64,000 bases of DNA from Patescibacteria group bacterium. Lineage in GTDB: Bacteria > Patescibacteriota > Microgenomatia > UBA1400 > PJMF01. The translations under genes were made by a program, and so were the position numbers. This document shows, one piece after another, positions 47,770-58,413 of this stretch. The notes beneath the pieces are model-generated. The model worked only from the letters and a program-made list of their open reading frames with translations, ran no database searches and was not told the origin of the DNA. Numbering within the stretch: the first letter of the stretch is position 1; every line of letters starts with the position of its first letter. The stretch covers positions 9,092-73,091 of the forward strand of contig JBMORQ010000027.1 in assembly GCA_049322575.1 (NCBI GenBank), given 5' to 3'.

Positions 47770-48532
47770 AAACCCCCTCTAGTTTTTTGAACAATTTATA
47801 ACTGACAATGAGAAAGATCATCGATAGAAGGAGAGCTATACCCAAGCTTCCTAGGTTGGGGAAGCCACCTCCTAAGATTGTTTGGCGATAAGCGTTAATA
47901 ATCACAGCCATGGGATTTAGCTGAAATATCCAGCGATAATTTGCTGGAAACATTTCCACAGGATAGATAACTGGGGTCAAGTACATCCAAACTAATAGCG
48001 CCAAATTCAATAAATACTGGATGTCACGATAAAATAGGTTTGCTGCCGCCAGAAAGAGCGACACACCGTAGGTAAAGATAGTCTGGATGATAAAGATCGG
48101 AAAAAACCACAAGATATTCCAAGTCAAGGGAATTCGGAAAAATATCATGAAGACCACAAAAATCAGTGAGGCCAAAAAGAAATCGATAATCTTGGCCAAA
48201 ATGGTACTGACCACGAAGACCTCCCGCGGAAAATAGATTTTTGTCAACAACCCTGCGTTGCCCACCAACGCAGTGGTGCTAGCAGCTAAAGAGTTGGTAA
48301 AAAGGGTCCAGGGAAGCAGGCCCGCATACAGAAAAATCGGATACGGCACACCAAGATCGCTGACCCTAAGAAGCTGAGAGAAAACAAAAGCCATAACCAA
48401 CATTTGGAAAAGTGGATTGAGCATTACCCAGGCATAGCCCAGAACCGACTGTTTATACCTCTGCTTAACTTCCCTCAAAGTTAGCTCAGAAATCAGCTCG
48501 TAGTAGTCACGAAATATTGACAACATTTTCAT
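47753..48532 (-). CDS. wzm: Polysaccharide/teichoic acid ABC exporter permease (Wzm/TagG)
   Basis: RYKQSVLGYAW..LNPL, KIYFPRE, YRDIQY, TPVIYP, LNP, FADVV. Confidence 0.93.
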   Translation of the reverse strand: MKMLSIFRDYYELISELTLREVKQRYKQSVLGYAWVMLNPLFQMLVMAFVFSQLLRVSDLGVPYPIFLYAGLLPWTLFTNSLAASTTALVGNAGLLTKIYFPREVFVVSTILAKIIDFFLASLIFVVFMIFFRIPLTWNILWFFPIFIIQTIFTYGVSLFLAAANLFYRDIQYLLNLALLVWMYLTPVIYPVEMFPANYRWIFQLNPMAVIINAYRQTILGGGFPNLGSLGIALLLSMIFLIVSYKLFKKLEGVFADVV

Positions 48533-48767
48533 AGATCGGTTTTATCTTATCACGGTTGGGTTCCCATCCCGAGTGGATCTTGAGATATTTACCAAAATCA
48601 TCTAATTGTATCAGCTTTCAAAGACATCCTAGTCGTCAGTTGATTACGACTGTTGGTTTCACCTAGAACCAAACAGACAACGAAAGCCATGATAAAAATT
48701 AATACATTTACTTTGAGAATGCAAACTAAACTTTGTCGAAAAAGACGTAATACCACTTAATGATTGC

Positions 48768-50492
48768 TTAGTCTACACACCTCTCTCTAATCACCAACCA
48801 ATTTGGCATGATTAATTCTTCAGTAATATAAACATCAAAACTCTTTACTGGAGGAGCAAAACGATCTTCAGAGTATACATAAGAATTTGGCTCTACAATT
48901 TGCCTGCTGATAATATTATTAGCAGTAATAATCATAGAGTTTGGTTCTTTAAGATAACAAATAGCATTTTCATTTTCTACATCTTTTATTAGAATCTTGC
49001 CAATTTTTCTATGTGAATCATCGGCTTTTTGCCAACTATTCGGATCAATTTGTAAATACCAAGCCAAAAAAATTGCAGGATCAGTTGGTGCATTAATCAC
49101 ATAAACAACTTGCTCTGGATTTTTTGTGATAGAGTCACCAATAAAGTTTGCGAGCTGTTTAATGTTATTCTGAAAAGCTAGTCCAGATTCCTCTGGAAAA
49201 AATATTAAATAGTCACGCCAATACAATGCCGTGTTGAAAAGTAAGACTGATAGCGTAAACGTTATGGTTAGTTTCTTGATTAAAGATACTTTAGTCAACT
49301 GAATTAGATAGAAAACACCAACCGCCACAAAATAAACAATTGGCACGACCATCTGCAAAGTTCTGCCGGAGTGCGGGATATCGGTCGTTAACGCCGCTGC
49401 CAAAGGCGAAATCAACAACCATGAAATCATAAAAATAGAAAAATCGTCTGGGCGGCGAATTTTTTTTACCGCTCCTGCTATAAAAAATGGAATGAAAATT
49501 AACAACAAATTGCCGTATTTAGAAAAAGCATGCCTCGGCGAGAGATTGTCATCAAAAAACAAAAAGCCTGAAGAGAAATGTAACAAATAACCCTTAGCAA
49601 AATTATTACCGATCACTACAAGCTTGTTATTTAAAATTCTCAAGATCGGCAAACCGGAAACAGAACTCCGAAAATAGATTTCATTAACATTCTCAGTAAT
49701 TTTCACTTTATCAATTGCCAAAACACTTATTGCACGCGAACCCGCTGAATTGAAGAAGGTTAAATATGCAAAAACTATTGCTGAAAGGCCAAAAAAAACA
49801 ACCACCCACATTTCTTTTACCAAAAATGTTTTGAAAGGTTTTTTCTTTAGAAAATTCTTTAAAAATAGAAAAGATAAATATAAACCGGAAAAAACTGGTA
49901 GCAGCAATCTTTCGGCATTATAGGTATACATGCTCACCAGTAACAAAATCATACCAAGAGTTTTGAATAACCATTTTTTCTGTACGAAAAATGCCAAACC
50001 AATCATTAAAAATGAAAATCCTACGATTGGATCCATGGCAATCCTCGAATAATGGACATGCCAGGGGCTGATGGTCAAAAGAAACATCATCGCAAGCGAC
50101 AGCCATTTATCTTTTGTTTTGCTAAAAACGAAGACACCTAAAGCAATTATTGAAGTCATACCCAGTAATGAGGTAGGGAAGCGCACGGCAAAAGTTGTTA
50201 AACCGAAAAACCAAAAAGAAATAATTTGCAGATATGACAAGAGAGCTGGTTTGTAGTCACCAAAAGCTTTTAGAAAAGGTGGCCAAGAAACGCCCCACTC
50301 ATCTTTTCCCGTCTCTTTTAAACTATAAGCGTTATAAGCGTACGAAACCTCGTCCCAGTTTAAGCCGCGCGGAATTTCACTGAGTTTGTAGAAGCGGAAG
50401 CAGAGGGCTAAAAATAAAACCAATAAAACAAACAAAGCGAAAAGATACTTTTCGAAGCGCAAGAGAAGTGACTTACTTGTTTTTTGCCTCAT
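48768..50492 (-). CDS. GT-C (ArnT/PMT, GT39/83-like) membrane glycosyltransferase (start uncertain, up to 50588)
   Basis: RFYKL..IP.GLNWDE..YAYNAYSL.ETGKDEWG, DYKP, FAVRFP, SPWH..YSR. Confidence 0.85.
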   Translation of the reverse strand: MRQKTSKSLLLRFEKYLFALFVLLVLFLALCFRFYKLSEIPRGLNWDEVSYAYNAYSLKETGKDEWGVSWPPFLKAFGDYKPALLSYLQIISFWFFGLTTFAVRFPTSLLGMTSIIALGVFVFSKTKDKWLSLAMMFLLTISPWHVHYSRIAMDPIVGFSFLMIGLAFFVQKKWLFKTLGMILLLVSMYTYNAERLLLPVFSGLYLSFLFLKNFLKKKPFKTFLVKEMWVVVFFGLSAIVFAYLTFFNSAGSRAISVLAIDKVKITENVNEIYFRSSVSGLPILRILNNKLVVIGNNFAKGYLLHFSSGFLFFDDNLSPRHAFSKYGNLLLIFIPFFIAGAVKKIRRPDDFSIFMISWLLISPLAAALTTDIPHSGRTLQMVVPIVYFVAVGVFYLIQLTKVSLIKKLTITFTLSVLLFNTALYWRDYLIFFPEESGLAFQNNIKQLANFIGDSITKNPEQVVYVINAPTDPAIFLAWYLQIDPNSWQKADDSHRKIGKILIKDVENENAICYLKEPNSMIITANNIISRQIVEPNSYVYSEDRFAPPVKSFDVYITEELIMPNWLVIRERCVD

Positions 50493-50606
50493 GAAAAATA
50501 TTCTGACACAATTTCTTTTCATAACAAGGGTTGTGTAAAAATCTTTGGATATAAAACCGAAAAATTCATTTTTTCCTCGTTTAAACATCCGGCAAAAAAT
50601 GCCAAA

Positions 50607-51467
50607 TCAAACAAACAAAAGTAGTAATCCGGCAGTCACTCCAAATATTCCGATCATTTTCTTTAAGTTCAACTCATCTTTAAAGAAAAAAGGAGATAGC
50701 AGAGTCAATAAAGAAATTGAGGCAGCATTTGTGGCATTCACAAAACCAACATTAGCTGCCAAATTGAATCCTACTTGCATAAAATATGCATAACTTGAAC
50801 CAAAAACACCAATCATTAGTAGTGTGATAATTTGATCTTTCGAGAGTAGTTTCCATTCTATTTTTTTGTACTTAATTTCTCCAAGAATCAACATCGTCAC
50901 AATAATCATGGATATGATTAGTCTTGTTAGAATCGGAACACCCATGTTTAGAAGATATTTAGAGCTTAAGGCCAAAAAACCCCAGCAGAAAAATGCAGCT
51001 ATTGTGTAGGGCAACCACACCCTATTTGAATTTGCTCTATTTTTATCTCTCTCGATCGTAATTAGGGCAGAGAACAAGACAATTAGTGCTATCGCAATCA
51101 CTGACCTCACAGACAACGGTGAAGAAAATAGAAAAATTGAGGCAACTGCCGTAAACACAACATAACTTTTTGAAATAATAAGACTATATCCAGGATTTGG
51201 TGAATACTCGATTCCTTTTAGGGAAAAAGTATTTCCTAGATAACTGAAAAATATTGCTTGAATTACGATTAATATATACTCGTTGTGCTCGAGTGCAAAA
51301 CTCGTTTTGGTTCTAACCGCTAATAAGATATAAACAATCACTGGTATTAGAAACATGGCCAGATTGTTTAATTGTTGAGGAGTCTTGAGCGCATTGCTTT
51401 TCCTTACGCACAGATACAAAGCTACCGAACTAACAAACATAATCAAACTGGCAATAATCCAATTCAT
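50607..51467 (-). CDS. EamA/DMT family transporter
   Basis: ~10 TM helices, two halves, FFFKDELN.KK.IG. Confidence 0.8.
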   Translation of the reverse strand: MNWIIASLIMFVSSVALYLCVRKSNALKTPQQLNNLAMFLIPVIVYILLAVRTKTSFALEHNEYILIVIQAIFFSYLGNTFSLKGIEYSPNPGYSLIISKSYVVFTAVASIFLFSSPLSVRSVIAIALIVLFSALITIERDKNRANSNRVWLPYTIAAFFCWGFLALSSKYLLNMGVPILTRLIISMIIVTMLILGEIKYKKIEWKLLSKDQIITLLMIGVFGSSYAYFMQVGFNLAANVGFVNATNAASISLLTLLSPFFFKDELNLKKMIGIFGVTAGLLLLFV

Positions 51468-51526
51468 AGTTTTTTATTCCGCACCCCGACGACCAAAGGA
51501 ATTAGGAGTTTTCAAACAAAGTAATG

Positions 51527-51601
51527 GGTGGCTGACCGGGATCGAACCGGCCACCTCCGCTTCCACAGAGCGGCGCTCTAACCGAATGAGCTACAGCCAC
51601 C
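51527..51601 (-). tRNA. tRNA-His (GUG)
   Basis: Reverse complement G-GTGGCTG...CCGCT-CTGTGGA-AGCGG...GGTTCGATCCC..CAGCCAC-C; encoded G-1 and C73. Confidence 0.95.
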
Positions 51602-51756
51602 ATGTTGTTAAAGAAAGACTGGGTGAAATAGATTGATTGCTAAAATTTATTTCACGTCAAGTTAACGAGTTCATCGAAGCTAGGGCCAAAATCCCTTCCA
51701 ATTTAACAAAAGAAGCAGAACTAGACTCGATGCAAAGTTAACGTGACTATTATAAA

Positions 51757-52434
51757 CTAATCTTTCCTGTCTGGCAAAGATTGCAGAAGCTGGGTTAGTT
51801 TGGGTAAGTACTTTATCTGTTCCCATGCCATTCGGTTGAGGTGATCAAGGTCACTGTGGACAGCAACTCCAGGAACAGCCCTAAACATCTCAATGTCACT
51901 CTCGCCATCACCTACCACAATCACATCATCTTTGGTCAACTCTCGCTCTTCCATGAATGATTGAAGCTGTCTGAGCTTATGGCCCGCTTCATCCTTATCA
52001 TATTTGAAATCAATCCAGTTTTCATTATCATCAAATACGAAAATTGAATTGGCATACCAGTGTTTTATAGCCAAACGCTCTGCTACTGTTTCCACAAAAA
52101 TATCTATCGAACTTGAGATCAAAGCCACTTCGTAGCCAAGATCTTGAAGTTCGTTGATTGTTGCAACGGCATCGCCACGCAATTCAATCGTGAAAAACAA
52201 ATCGAGCAAGTCTTCTTTGCTGATAACTTTGTGGTACTTTTTCCAGATCGCAAAGAGACCATCCCGCATCTCTTTCCAGTCGATTGAACCAGATTTGTAT
52301 GCGGTATATAGTCTGGCATGCTCACTAGTATCAGCACCTAAAACTTCAGTCAAAACGTACCAAGAATTGCTAAGAGTAATCGTTTTATCAACGTCAAAAA
52401 TAACAACCTTGGGTTTTTGTGTGGGGATCATCAT
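51757..52434 (-). CDS. HAD-superfamily phosphatase (SerB-like)
   Basis: FDVDKT, LISSS, K, VGDGESD; AAGGA Shine-Dalgarno before ATG 52434. Confidence 0.85.
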   Translation of the reverse strand: MMIPTQKPKVVIFDVDKTITLSNSWYVLTEVLGADTSEHARLYTAYKSGSIDWKEMRDGLFAIWKKYHKVISKEDLLDLFFTIELRGDAVATINELQDLGYEVALISSSIDIFVETVAERLAIKHWYANSIFVFDDNENWIDFKYDKDEAGHKLRQLQSFMEERELTKDDVIVVGDGESDIEMFRAVPGVAVHSDLDHLNRMAWEQIKYLPKLTQLLQSLPDRKD

Positions 52435-52600
52435 TGTCAGCATCCTTTCAGCGTGTTTGGGCTATACAGAGTTCCTACGTAATTCATTGCCTATACAAAA
52501 ACGCGGGAGGCCTGATGGTTAAAAAGCAAGCCCCCCATCTTCGTTGGTGAGGCTTTCATAACTCTTTCTCCAAGAGATTTTTAAATTGCCGATAATTACG

Positions 52601-52674
52601 TGCGCCAAGCTGGATTTGAACCAGCGACCTACCGCTTAGAAGGCGGTTGCTCTATCCAACTGAGCTATTGGCGC
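52601..52674 (-). tRNA. tRNA-Arg (UCU)
   Basis: Reverse complement GCGCCAA...ACCGC-CTTCTAA-GCGGT...GGTTCAAATCC..TTGGCGC-A. Confidence 0.95.
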
Positions 52675-52966
52675 TCTTGTGGATAACTAACCACCGTATT
52701 CTCTCAAAAAAACCAGTTTTTGACCAGAACATGACGATGATATGTACTAATACGCAATATGGCAATCTGTAGGGGTTACTCATTGCTTATACCACCAGGC
52801 ATAGACAGAGGAAACTCAGCAATAAGCACCAGTTATTTATCTGAGTTACTGTAAAGTCAGATCAACTAGTTGAAATAGTATGCTCTGGTGTCTCATTATC
52901 AACTCAACCGAAGACTATCATCTATACAACCCCCCTCAAGCGGCTAGCGAGTATAATAGAGGATTC

Positions 52967-55276
52967 ATGAAATTCAAGTTGCAAGCCCCCCACCAACCAA
53001 CAGGAGATCAGCCGCGTGCCATTAAGCAATTAACTGAAGGATTGTTGAATGAGGCCAAATATCAGACATTACTTGGAGTGACCGGTTCAGGTAAAACTTT
53101 TACTATGGCCAACCTTATTGAGAATGTTCAAAAACCCACTTTGGTGATCGCTCACAACAAAACTCTAGCGGCTCAACTCTACCAAGAATTCAGGGATTAT
53201 TTCCCAGAAAATGCCGTCAATTATTTTGTTTCCTACTACGACTACTACCAACCTGAAGCGTATATTCCAAGCACCGATACATACATTGAAAAAGAAGCAC
53301 AAATTAATGATGAAATAGATAAGTTGCGCCTTGCCGCAACAACCAATCTTTTGACAAGACCTGACGTCATCATTGTTGCCTCAGTTTCTTGTATTTATAA
53401 CCTTGGCTCGCCTCACGAATACGACCGATATTTACTTGAAATCTCCGTGGGAGACATGATCGAGCGCCGAGCTTTTGTAGATCAGCTCGCCAATTTGCAA
53501 TATGAGCGTTCGGATTTAGAGCTGAGACGCGGCACTTTCAGAATTAAGGGAGATATAATTCAAATTTGGCCAGCGTATGAGGACATGGCTCTAAAGATTG
53601 ATACTTTGGAGAACCGGATCACTTCAATTAATCAAATCGATCCTATAAGCGGTTTAATTAATCAAAGTGAACACCAAAGTCGTTTTGAGCATCCCTCAAA
53701 ATCACAAAGTTATATCGTTTTCCCAGCTAAACACCACGTGATTGACCCTTCAACCCTCCAAAGCGGTCTAGCAGCAATTAGAAACGATTTGGAGAGACGC
53801 ATCAATGAACTCAATACACAAAACAAACAACTTGAGGCGTATCGCTTAAAACAAAAAGTTAATTACGACATTGAAATGATAGAGCAATTTGGATTTGTTG
53901 CTGGAATCGAAAACTACTCTCGCTATTTCGATGGTCGCAAGCCAGGACAACCACCATACACCTTGCTTGACTATTTAGCACTAAATGCAAAAAAGTTTCA
54001 AACCGACTCGTTTTTGACTTTCATCGATGAAAGCCACATAACAGTCCCTCAAATCAGAGGTATGTATCGAGGTGATCAGTCGCGAAAAGCAACTCTAATT
54101 GACTATGGTTTTCGACTACCTAGTGCCATAGATAATCGCCCACTTCAATTCAGTGAATTCTTAGAAAGAAACAACCAAACGATCTATGTTTCAGCAACTC
54201 CGAACGAATGGGAGATCGAACAATCTAAAGGAAAAGTAATAGAACAATTGATTCGACCAACCGGCTTAACAGATCCAACCATTGAAATTCGACCAACTAC
54301 CAATCAAATAGAAGACCTAGTAATCGAGGTTATTAAAAGAAAAACCCTTGGTCAAAGAACCTTGGTGACAACTCTAACCAAGAAAATGGCCGAAACCTTA
54401 ACGGACTATTTAAATGATAAAACTAAGATTGATCAACTGATTACGAGTCATAAACAAAAACTCAATGACTTTGACTTTGAATATTCCTCAAGAATTATTG
54501 GGTCAGAAAGAGATTATTTACCCATGGAAAATATGGAAATTGGCCCGATTCAGAATAGTATATTCACTTCGTCGCGTATCGACTCAATCGTAGGGGACCT
54601 AGATCCAGATCAACTTTATCCCAAAGTCGCTTACCTACATTCAGATATTGAGACGCTGGAAAGATCGGACATTCTCGATGATCTTAGACTTGGAAAATAT
54701 GATGTTTTGGTTGGTATCAACCTTCTCAGAGAGGGACTTGATCTTCCCGAGGTTACATTGGTGGCAATCTTGGATGCGGATAAAGAGGGTTTTCTAAGAT
54801 CGGCCACTTCGATGATTCAAACAATCGGTCGCGCAGCGCGTCATATCGAAGGAAAGGCTCTCTTGTATGCTGACAAGCTCACAATTTCCATAAAGCAGGC
54901 AATTGAGGAAACACAGCGGAGAAGGCGCATTCAAGTTAAATATAACACCGAACACGGTATCAATCCCAAAACGATCAATAAACCAATCCGTGCCAAACTC
55001 TTTCTGAGGGATGAGGTCACTGATGATGACGGCATTTACTCGGCGAAATCAAAAAACAAAAAGACCCTCTTTGAAAGCCAAGAATCAGGCTTGGTAATTC
55101 AATTAAACAAACAACGAGCAATTGATCTAACAAAGCTTAATCCTGAGTCATTAACGCCTTCTGACAGAAATAAATTGAGTAAAGTACTGCGACGCCGCAT
55201 GACTAGAGCTGCCAATGAACTTGATTTTGAACTAGCAGCCATCTTGCGAGACCACATTCACAGACTTGAGGACTAA
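52967..55276 (+). CDS. uvrB: Excinuclease ABC subunit B
   Basis: GDQP, GVTGSGKT, HNKTLAAQLY, YYDYYQPEAY, DESH, GINLLREGLD, QTIGRAAR, C-terminal UVR domain; start MKFK at 52967. Confidence 0.97.
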   Translation: MKFKLQAPHQPTGDQPRAIKQLTEGLLNEAKYQTLLGVTGSGKTFTMANLIENVQKPTLVIAHNKTLAAQLYQEFRDYFPENAVNYFVSYYDYYQPEAYIPSTDTYIEKEAQINDEIDKLRLAATTNLLTRPDVIIVASVSCIYNLGSPHEYDRYLLEISVGDMIERRAFVDQLANLQYERSDLELRRGTFRIKGDIIQIWPAYEDMALKIDTLENRITSINQIDPISGLINQSEHQSRFEHPSKSQSYIVFPAKHHVIDPSTLQSGLAAIRNDLERRINELNTQNKQLEAYRLKQKVNYDIEMIEQFGFVAGIENYSRYFDGRKPGQPPYTLLDYLALNAKKFQTDSFLTFIDESHITVPQIRGMYRGDQSRKATLIDYGFRLPSAIDNRPLQFSEFLERNNQTIYVSATPNEWEIEQSKGKVIEQLIRPTGLTDPTIEIRPTTNQIEDLVIEVIKRKTLGQRTLVTTLTKKMAETLTDYLNDKTKIDQLITSHKQKLNDFDFEYSSRIIGSERDYLPMENMEIGPIQNSIFTSSRIDSIVGDLDPDQLYPKVAYLHSDIETLERSDILDDLRLGKYDVLVGINLLREGLDLPEVTLVAILDADKEGFLRSATSMIQTIGRAARHIEGKALLYADKLTISIKQAIEETQRRRRIQVKYNTEHGINPKTINKPIRAKLFLRDEVTDDDGIYSAKSKNKKTLFESQESGLVIQLNKQRAIDLTKLNPESLTPSDRNKLSKVLRRRMTRAANELDFELAAILRDHIHRLED

Positions 55277-55409
55277 AATCGGGCCAACTGTCGCAAGACA
55301 AAACAGACTAACGGACGAACTTGTTGTTTACGGTTATAATAGTGGTTTACTTCTAGGCCAATGAACTAAAACCATATATTGATCAAAGCTTTCGGAATTA
55401 AACAATCAC

Positions 55410-58409
55410 ATGAAACAAACTACATCAGAAAAAACATCGATTGACTACATAATCATCAAGGGTGCTCGTGAGCATAACCTCAAAAATATCAATCTTTTAA
55501 TTCCAAAAAACAAATTTGTTGTTTTTACTGGTCTCTCTGGGAGTGGTAAAAGTTCCCTTGCATTTGATACTCTGTATGCCGAGGGACAAAGACGATATGT
55601 CGAGTCGTTAAGTTCATACGCGAGGCAATTTCTGGGTGTGATGAATAAACCAGAAATTGACCACATTGAAGGCTTGTCTCCGGCTATTTCCATCGACCAA
55701 AAAACCACCTCTCATAATCCACGTTCAACTGTCGGTACCATCACGGAAATTTATGACTACTTACGGTTACTTTTTGCCAGAATTGGTCATCCTCATTGTC
55801 CGAACTGCGGTAGAGAGGTCTCAACTCAAAGTATTGACCAGATTGTGAGCAAGGTTTTGAGCGAGCTCAACCAAAGATCTTCGCAACAAGTCATCCGCCT
55901 CTCAGTTCTCTCGCCAATTGTGCGCAATCGCAAAGGTGAGTTTTCCGGACTCTTTACCAATCTAATCAAACAGGGCTATAGTCGCACTAGAATTGATGGC
56001 AAAATCTACGACATCAATAAGGATCTCTCACTCATCAAAACCAATAAGCATAATATTGATGTCTTAATTGATCGGATTACTACTAGCAACAAACAACTCG
56101 AAGATGAAAAAGAGTTTGAGGCTCTCAAATCAAGGATTACCCATTCCATCGAGGAGTCACTGAAACTAGCCGATGGCTTGTGTGTGGTAAGTTGGATCGA
56201 GGACCAAAGCTTCACTTTTCCCGAAAATCCAGAAGTATTTTCTGACCAACTCTATAGTGAAAAGCTAGCTTGTCCTAATTGTAATATTTCTATCAAAGAA
56301 CTTGAGCCAAGGCTATTCTCCTTTAACTCTCCTGATGGCGCCTGTGAAACCTGCAACGGCTTAGGTTCGATTTTGAAAATTGATCCCAACAAAATTCTGG
56401 CTAAAAGTCTCACTCTGAGTGAGGGGGCGATTGTTCCTTTTGCCAGAGTGCTGGGTAATGACAGCTGGTGGTCGAGATTAGTTCAAGTCGTGGTAGAAGA
56501 AGCGGGCTATGATTTTCGCAAAACGCCTTTCATGGAAATGTCGACAGATTTTCAGGATGTCTTGCTACATGGCTCGGATAAGGTCTACAAGATTGTTGGT
56601 ACCAATCGTTTTGGCAAGGAAACCGTTGTTCACAACACTTTTGAAGGTTTCATTTCGAATTTAGAAAGGCGCTACCATGAAACCGACAGCAGCTTCATTC
56701 GCAATGAAATTGAACAGTATATGCAGCGTGAGATTTGCGGCACCTGTAACGGTGCTAGGCTTAAAAAAGAGGCATTGGGAGTCACCATTGACCAACAAAA
56801 CATTAACGATATTACCAACCTTCCTGTTAAAAAATCGTTGGCTTGGAGCAAGGAGTTGGTTTCAAAAAATAACCTTAATGCCATTGAAAAACAGGTTGCT
56901 ATGCCAGTTATTAAAGAAATCCACTCCAGACTTGAATTTCTTTCTTCGGTAGGCTTAAACTACTTAACTCTACATCGTGAGGCATCAACATTGGCCGGCG
57001 GAGAAGCGCAACGTATCCGACTCGCATCACAAATCGGGACTGGTTTAACCGGCGTCTTGTATATCTTGGACGAACCAACTATCGGCTTACACCCCAGAGA
57101 CAACAATCAACTTATCGAAACTCTCAAGAGCCTTAGAAACAATGGTAACTCGGTGGTAGTGGTTGAGCATGATCGAGATGTGATGCTTGCCTCAGATTAC
57201 ATTTTTGATTTCGGACCCCTCGCTGGAAAAGATGGCGGTGAAGTGGTAGCAGAGGGCTCGCCACAACAAATCATGTCCGATCAAAAGTCGCTCACAGGCA
57301 AGTACTTGTCTCGAAAAAAAGATGTCAAAATCGACAAAAGAGAAACAAACAAAGAACCAAAGCTCGTTTCAATTGAAGAAACAGACGATTTAATTAATCA
57401 AAGAACTTCGATTGAAATCTATGGCGCTTCTCACCACAACCTTAAAAACATAGACGTAAGCTTTCCGCTCAGGTCACTAACATGTATCACCGGCATTTCT
57501 GGATCAGGCAAGTCTACTTTGCTTCACGATACCCTTTATTACAATTTGGCAAATAAACTTGAGAAAAAAATTGATAGGCGCCCCGGACATGTTGAAAGAA
57601 TTTCTATTCCTGACGAGATTAGTCGGGTTGCTTTAATTGACCAAAGTCCGATCGGTAAAACACCACGCTCCAATCCCGCAACCTATACCAAAATTTTTGA
57701 TCTCATCCGCAAGCTGTTTGCCTCAACAAAAGAATCGACCCTGCGAGGATTTAATCAAGGTCGTTTTAGTTTCAATGTTAAAGGAGGTCGTTGTGAAACC
57801 TGTCAGGGTGAGGGCCAAATAAAAATCGAAATGCAATTTTTACCCGACATCTATGTTGAATGTGATGTTTGTCACGGGAAAAGATACAACCAAGAAACTC
57901 TCCAGGTTCTCTATAAAGATAAGAATATTGCAGAAGTTCTGGAAATGACCGTAAGTGAAGCTCTAAAATTCTTCAGCAACAACGGTACCATCAACCAAAA
58001 ATTGCAGACACTTATCGATGTCGGCTTGGGCTACATTAAACTCGGACAACCAGCCCCGACGCTTAGTGGAGGTGAGGCGCAGAGAGTCAAACTCGCCAGA
58101 GAACTCAGCACTAGAACCCAACAACACGTAGTTTACCTACTAGACGAACCAACAACTGGTTTGCATTTTGCCGATGTGCAAAAACTACTGGAGGTATTAC
58201 ATCAGTTAGTTGAACAAAACAATACGGTCATTCTCATTGAGCACAACCTGGATATTATAAAAAACTGTAATTGGATCATAGATCTGGGTCCCGAGGGTGG
58301 AGAGTATGGTGGAGAAGTCATTGCGCAGGGTTCACCTCAGCAAATAGCAAATAATCCCGACTCATTTACTGGTTTCTATTTAAAAGAGGAGCTCAAACAG
58401 CTAAAATGA
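55410..58409 (+). CDS. uvrA: Excinuclease ABC subunit A
   Basis: GAREHNLK, GLSGSGKSS, EGQRRYVESLS, Zn fingers, two ABC signatures (LAGGE/LSGGE). Confidence 0.98.
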   Translation: MKQTTSEKTSIDYIIIKGAREHNLKNINLLIPKNKFVVFTGLSGSGKSSLAFDTLYAEGQRRYVESLSSYARQFLGVMNKPEIDHIEGLSPAISIDQKTTSHNPRSTVGTITEIYDYLRLLFARIGHPHCPNCGREVSTQSIDQIVSKVLSELNQRSSQQVIRLSVLSPIVRNRKGEFSGLFTNLIKQGYSRTRIDGKIYDINKDLSLIKTNKHNIDVLIDRITTSNKQLEDEKEFEALKSRITHSIEESLKLADGLCVVSWIEDQSFTFPENPEVFSDQLYSEKLACPNCNISIKELEPRLFSFNSPDGACETCNGLGSILKIDPNKILAKSLTLSEGAIVPFARVLGNDSWWSRLVQVVVEEAGYDFRKTPFMEMSTDFQDVLLHGSDKVYKIVGTNRFGKETVVHNTFEGFISNLERRYHETDSSFIRNEIEQYMQREICGTCNGARLKKEALGVTIDQQNINDITNLPVKKSLAWSKELVSKNNLNAIEKQVAMPVIKEIHSRLEFLSSVGLNYLTLHREASTLAGGEAQRIRLASQIGTGLTGVLYILDEPTIGLHPRDNNQLIETLKSLRNNGNSVVVVEHDRDVMLASDYIFDFGPLAGKDGGEVVAEGSPQQIMSDQKSLTGKYLSRKKDVKIDKRETNKEPKLVSIEETDDLINQRTSIEIYGASHHNLKNIDVSFPLRSLTCITGISGSGKSTLLHDTLYYNLANKLEKKIDRRPGHVERISIPDEISRVALIDQSPIGKTPRSNPATYTKIFDLIRKLFASTKESTLRGFNQGRFSFNVKGGRCETCQGEGQIKIEMQFLPDIYVECDVCHGKRYNQETLQVLYKDKNIAEVLEMTVSEALKFFSNNGTINQKLQTLIDVGLGYIKLGQPAPTLSGGEAQRVKLARELSTRTQQHVVYLLDEPTTGLHFADVQKLLEVLHQLVEQNNTVILIEHNLDIIKNCNWIIDLGPEGGEYGGEVIAQGSPQQIANNPDSFTGFYLKEELKQLK

Positions 58410-58413
58410 GCTT

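Noticed and set aside
52450-52560. Weak hairpins upstream of the HAD phosphatase as a riboswitch or ncRNA
   Set aside because: No recognisable riboswitch, SRP or 6S motif; the pairing is imperfect and would need an Infernal search
52678-52686. Perfect DnaA box TGTGGATAA between tRNA-Arg and uvrB
   Set aside because: Single box; identical 9-mers also occur inside coding regions (uppP and the kinase gene), so there is no evidence for oriC. A regulatory role cannot be excluded
54416-54622. UvrB insertion as an intein or intron
   Set aside because: No N-terminal Cys/Ser or C-terminal His-Asn, too short, and in frame
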